From the NCBI GenBank assembly GCA_951406725.2, contig OX597829.1, positions 53,940,001 to 54,004,000 on the forward strand: 64,000 bases of DNA, read 5' to 3'. This DNA comes from Octopus vulgaris. Lineage: Eukaryota. Below are positions 61,057 through 64,000 of this stretch, piece by piece; within the stretch, counting starts at the first letter, position 1; each line of letters begins with the position of its first letter. Under the pieces are notes generated by a model. It searched no databases, was not told the origin of the DNA, and saw only the letters and a list, made by a program, of their open reading frames with translations. A program made the translations under genes and the position numbers.

Positions 61057-63819
61057 AATGAAGTAGATAAGGTAGTCACAACATATTAATAGGATAATTA
61101 AGCTGATACTGGTCAAAGATAACTAAACAGCAACATTCATTTCTGCACAGGTATGCTCCACAGGTATGATTGACAGACAAACAGGAGAGTTTTTAAGAGA
61201 CCCTTCTTCAGCTACCTAAACAATGATCCACAACCACCTAATTACCATGGAAGGTAGTTCAACAGACATGTTGGTCAACACAATGATAACTTCTGTGATA
61301 TCTAAGGAGGTCATGTATATGGTTCAAGAAATGAGGTGGGGGTGTAAGCATCTGGATTTCTGTGATGCAACTTTATCAAACAATTTGCAACACACACTTG
61401 AAGAAACCAACCAACCACCCCATGACCTACTAGTCTGGTGAATGCACAAGTCAAATAAATTACATTCTCCCCAGGAAATGGGATAGCCAAGCAAATGTAA
61501 ATACCAAGACCTTTCCTGGTGGAGAAAGCACTCCCTACCATAGATTAGTGACCAGTGATTTCAAAGTTCAGAGCTAAGCAAACAGAGACAGAAGATGATA
61601 TGGAGAAGGAAGCTAAAAGAACGGACAGTGAGTCATAGATTTAGAAAAATTCTGGCTCGTAAGAAGAAGGATTTAAATATGTGAAGTATAGATGACAACT
61701 GAAAATTCCAATAAAACAACCTACTTAGGGCTAGAAATCAGACAAGGCTGGAGTAGAGTTCCAGCCTTACTGAAGGTGATGTAGTGATAAGATGACATGA
61801 TTGATAGGTTGGGGTGGGATAAAAGCTGAGAAACAGGCTTAGAAGGGTGTAATAGAGAACATTATCAAATGGCTAGAAGAGCAGCTAAGTGATAGGGATA
61901 TTTGGCTAAGGGTGAGGTTAAAAGAGACGTGAGGATCAGAGGTGTAAAGTGATAAGGGTTGCTTGACATTGTGTGAGAGAGAATTGAGATGTCATTGGTG
62001 AGAAATGCATTCGGAATGATGAAGACACATTCATCCATTGATATTGAAGACAAGAAAATGGTATGGAAGTAATGCTTATTATTTGAGGCTTTTTGAATGT
62101 GGAGAATATGTTGGATAAAGAGAATCTACCTCATGCTGACCATAAATAGGAACAAGCAATTCCAGTTGATAGCAGTGATTAAATGATTAGGCTAAAAGAA
62201 CTGACAGTGAGTCATAGATTTAGAAAAATTCTGGCACTTATAAACTGTAAGAAGAAGGATTTAAATATATGAAGTATAGATGACAACTGAAAAGTTATTA
62301 AAGAGATTAAGGACATATTATAATGGTATGAATAGTAGGTGTGATGGGAAGGTGAGGGGAAGGGAGAAATGGATTATTAGTGTGATGAGAAGTCCTGAGA
62401 GAATCATTGAAGTAAAGTAATTATAATATAGAACAGCACTCCTTCGTAAACTACCCTGTCACCTTTCCCTCCCCTTTCTCACTAATCATTGACACTAACC
62501 TCTTCCCTCTCCCCTGTTTCCTTCCATATTACCTTCCTCTAGGAGTGTCCACTTCCACCTCATTGCTATAAATCTGTTCCTCTTACCTTCACACATCCCT
62601 AGAATCATTGCATCCCTACCCTTGTTCTTTTTTTTTTCCTGCTGCTTTTGTGGATTCCCATGACTTACTGTCGCCATCCAATTCCATTATTATGAATTTG
62701 AACAGGGAGCTCGTGTGATATTGCATCTTTCATTAGTGGATTCCACAACCATGGATGCCATTCCTCTGGATGTGTTGCAGTTACTCCCTTCAAAGAGCTT
62801 CGTGATCCTCACCACCGATCTTCTATTATTCCTCCACTCAGCGTCAATGCAAGAAGCACCATTGACTCAGTTGAGCTATTCTGCAACCTTCCTTCAATAA
62901 TAGGAATCAGTTTAGGTCCTGAGTCTTACAAGTTGCAAGGCAATCTTCATTAGTGCTGGTGCCACATAAAATGCACCCAGTACATTGTAAAGTGGTTGGC
63001 ATTAGGAAGGGCACCCAGTCATAGAAACTATGCCAAAGCAGACATCAGAGGATGATGGATCCTGATTTGCATGAATGCATGCATTTGGGTGTGTGTGGTG
63101 GGGTGGGGTGCATGATCATAATGTTAAGAATTTTGATTTCTAACTACATGGTACTGGGTTTGGCCCTACTTCATGGCACCTTGGGTAAGTATCTTATACT
63201 ATACCTTTTGGCCAACTAAGCCCTTGTGAGCAGATTTGTGTGTAAATGGAAATTGTATGTGTGTGTGTGTGTGTGTGTGTATTTTCATGATACTGCATGA
63301 TAGTTGTAAAAGAGTGTATATTCATATAAGCATGACTGTGGAGAAATATTGCCTTGCCTCAAAGTAAGTCTACTTGATTATGAAAAAGAAAAGCTACTGC
63401 AAAGGTCATGACATCTGAACATCTGATTCAATAATGCAAATGGCTGTAAACTCTACTGATAGTAGTACACAGAACTACCAACTGTCAAAATATAATAACC
63501 CTCCCTCAACCTGTTCAATCACTATGACTCATTTGTTTTTATTATATAGATGTGTTCCTGTGGACAGGTCAAACTCAGTGTGCATATTTTAGTGGATTCC
63601 AGGTTTAGTCAGCATATAATTTTTTATGAAATTCTGACAAGTCATTTTTAACATGTGTTATGGAAAGAAACTTTACATAGGATTTGAAAACTAATCAATA
63701 GTTGCAGGAATTATTACATAAGTATGCAAGATTGATTATAGTGAATTATGACAAAATAATTGCAAATTGAAGAAGTAAAATGATTTGCTTGCTCCATTTT
63801 TTTAATATTGGATCGTTTG

Positions 63820-64000
63820 GTCACCTTTGGAAATATGCAGTGTGTGAGAAGACCCAGAAAGCCAAGTGAGACCATAACTTGTGCCTATGCCAGGGATGTA
63901 ACCAGCCCACTTATGTGGAACTTTCCTTCATTGGACACTAAACTCTGCTTGCGAAGACCTGTTGAGGCAAGTGAAATTGAAATCAAGTCAAATTCGCAAA
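63820..64000 (+). mobile_element. RTE C-terminus/3' UTR running off the window
   Basis: Matches 19005-19175. Confidence 0.8.

Overview
Eukaryotic, AT-rich, repeat-dense genomic DNA. The SINE, RTE and (TA)n/(CA)n repertoire is what I recognise from octopus/coleoid cephalopod genomes; this is inferred from recall, not from a database match. I can support one host gene: a minus-strand BTB-BACK-Kelch (KLHL-type) gene with coding exons 29049-29184 and 25700-27345, about 593 aa. The rest is mostly transposon debris: RTE, CR1-like and R4-like LINE fragments, a Helitron with both termini (12138-15946), Tc1/mariner fossils, piggyBac-, pogo- and Merlin-like MITEs and several tRNA-derived SINE families. 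The most striking unannotated signal is a set of minimal type-I hammerhead ribozyme motifs from at least five unrelated short repeat families. These are mostly in inverted, Penelope-pLTR-like arrangements, and most families sit next to (TA)n tracts. One family is a tRNA-headed (Pol III A/B box) SINE-like element carrying a hammerhead. Two related families show a CCGANGA variant core. Repeat boundaries were read by eye and are approximate unless stated.
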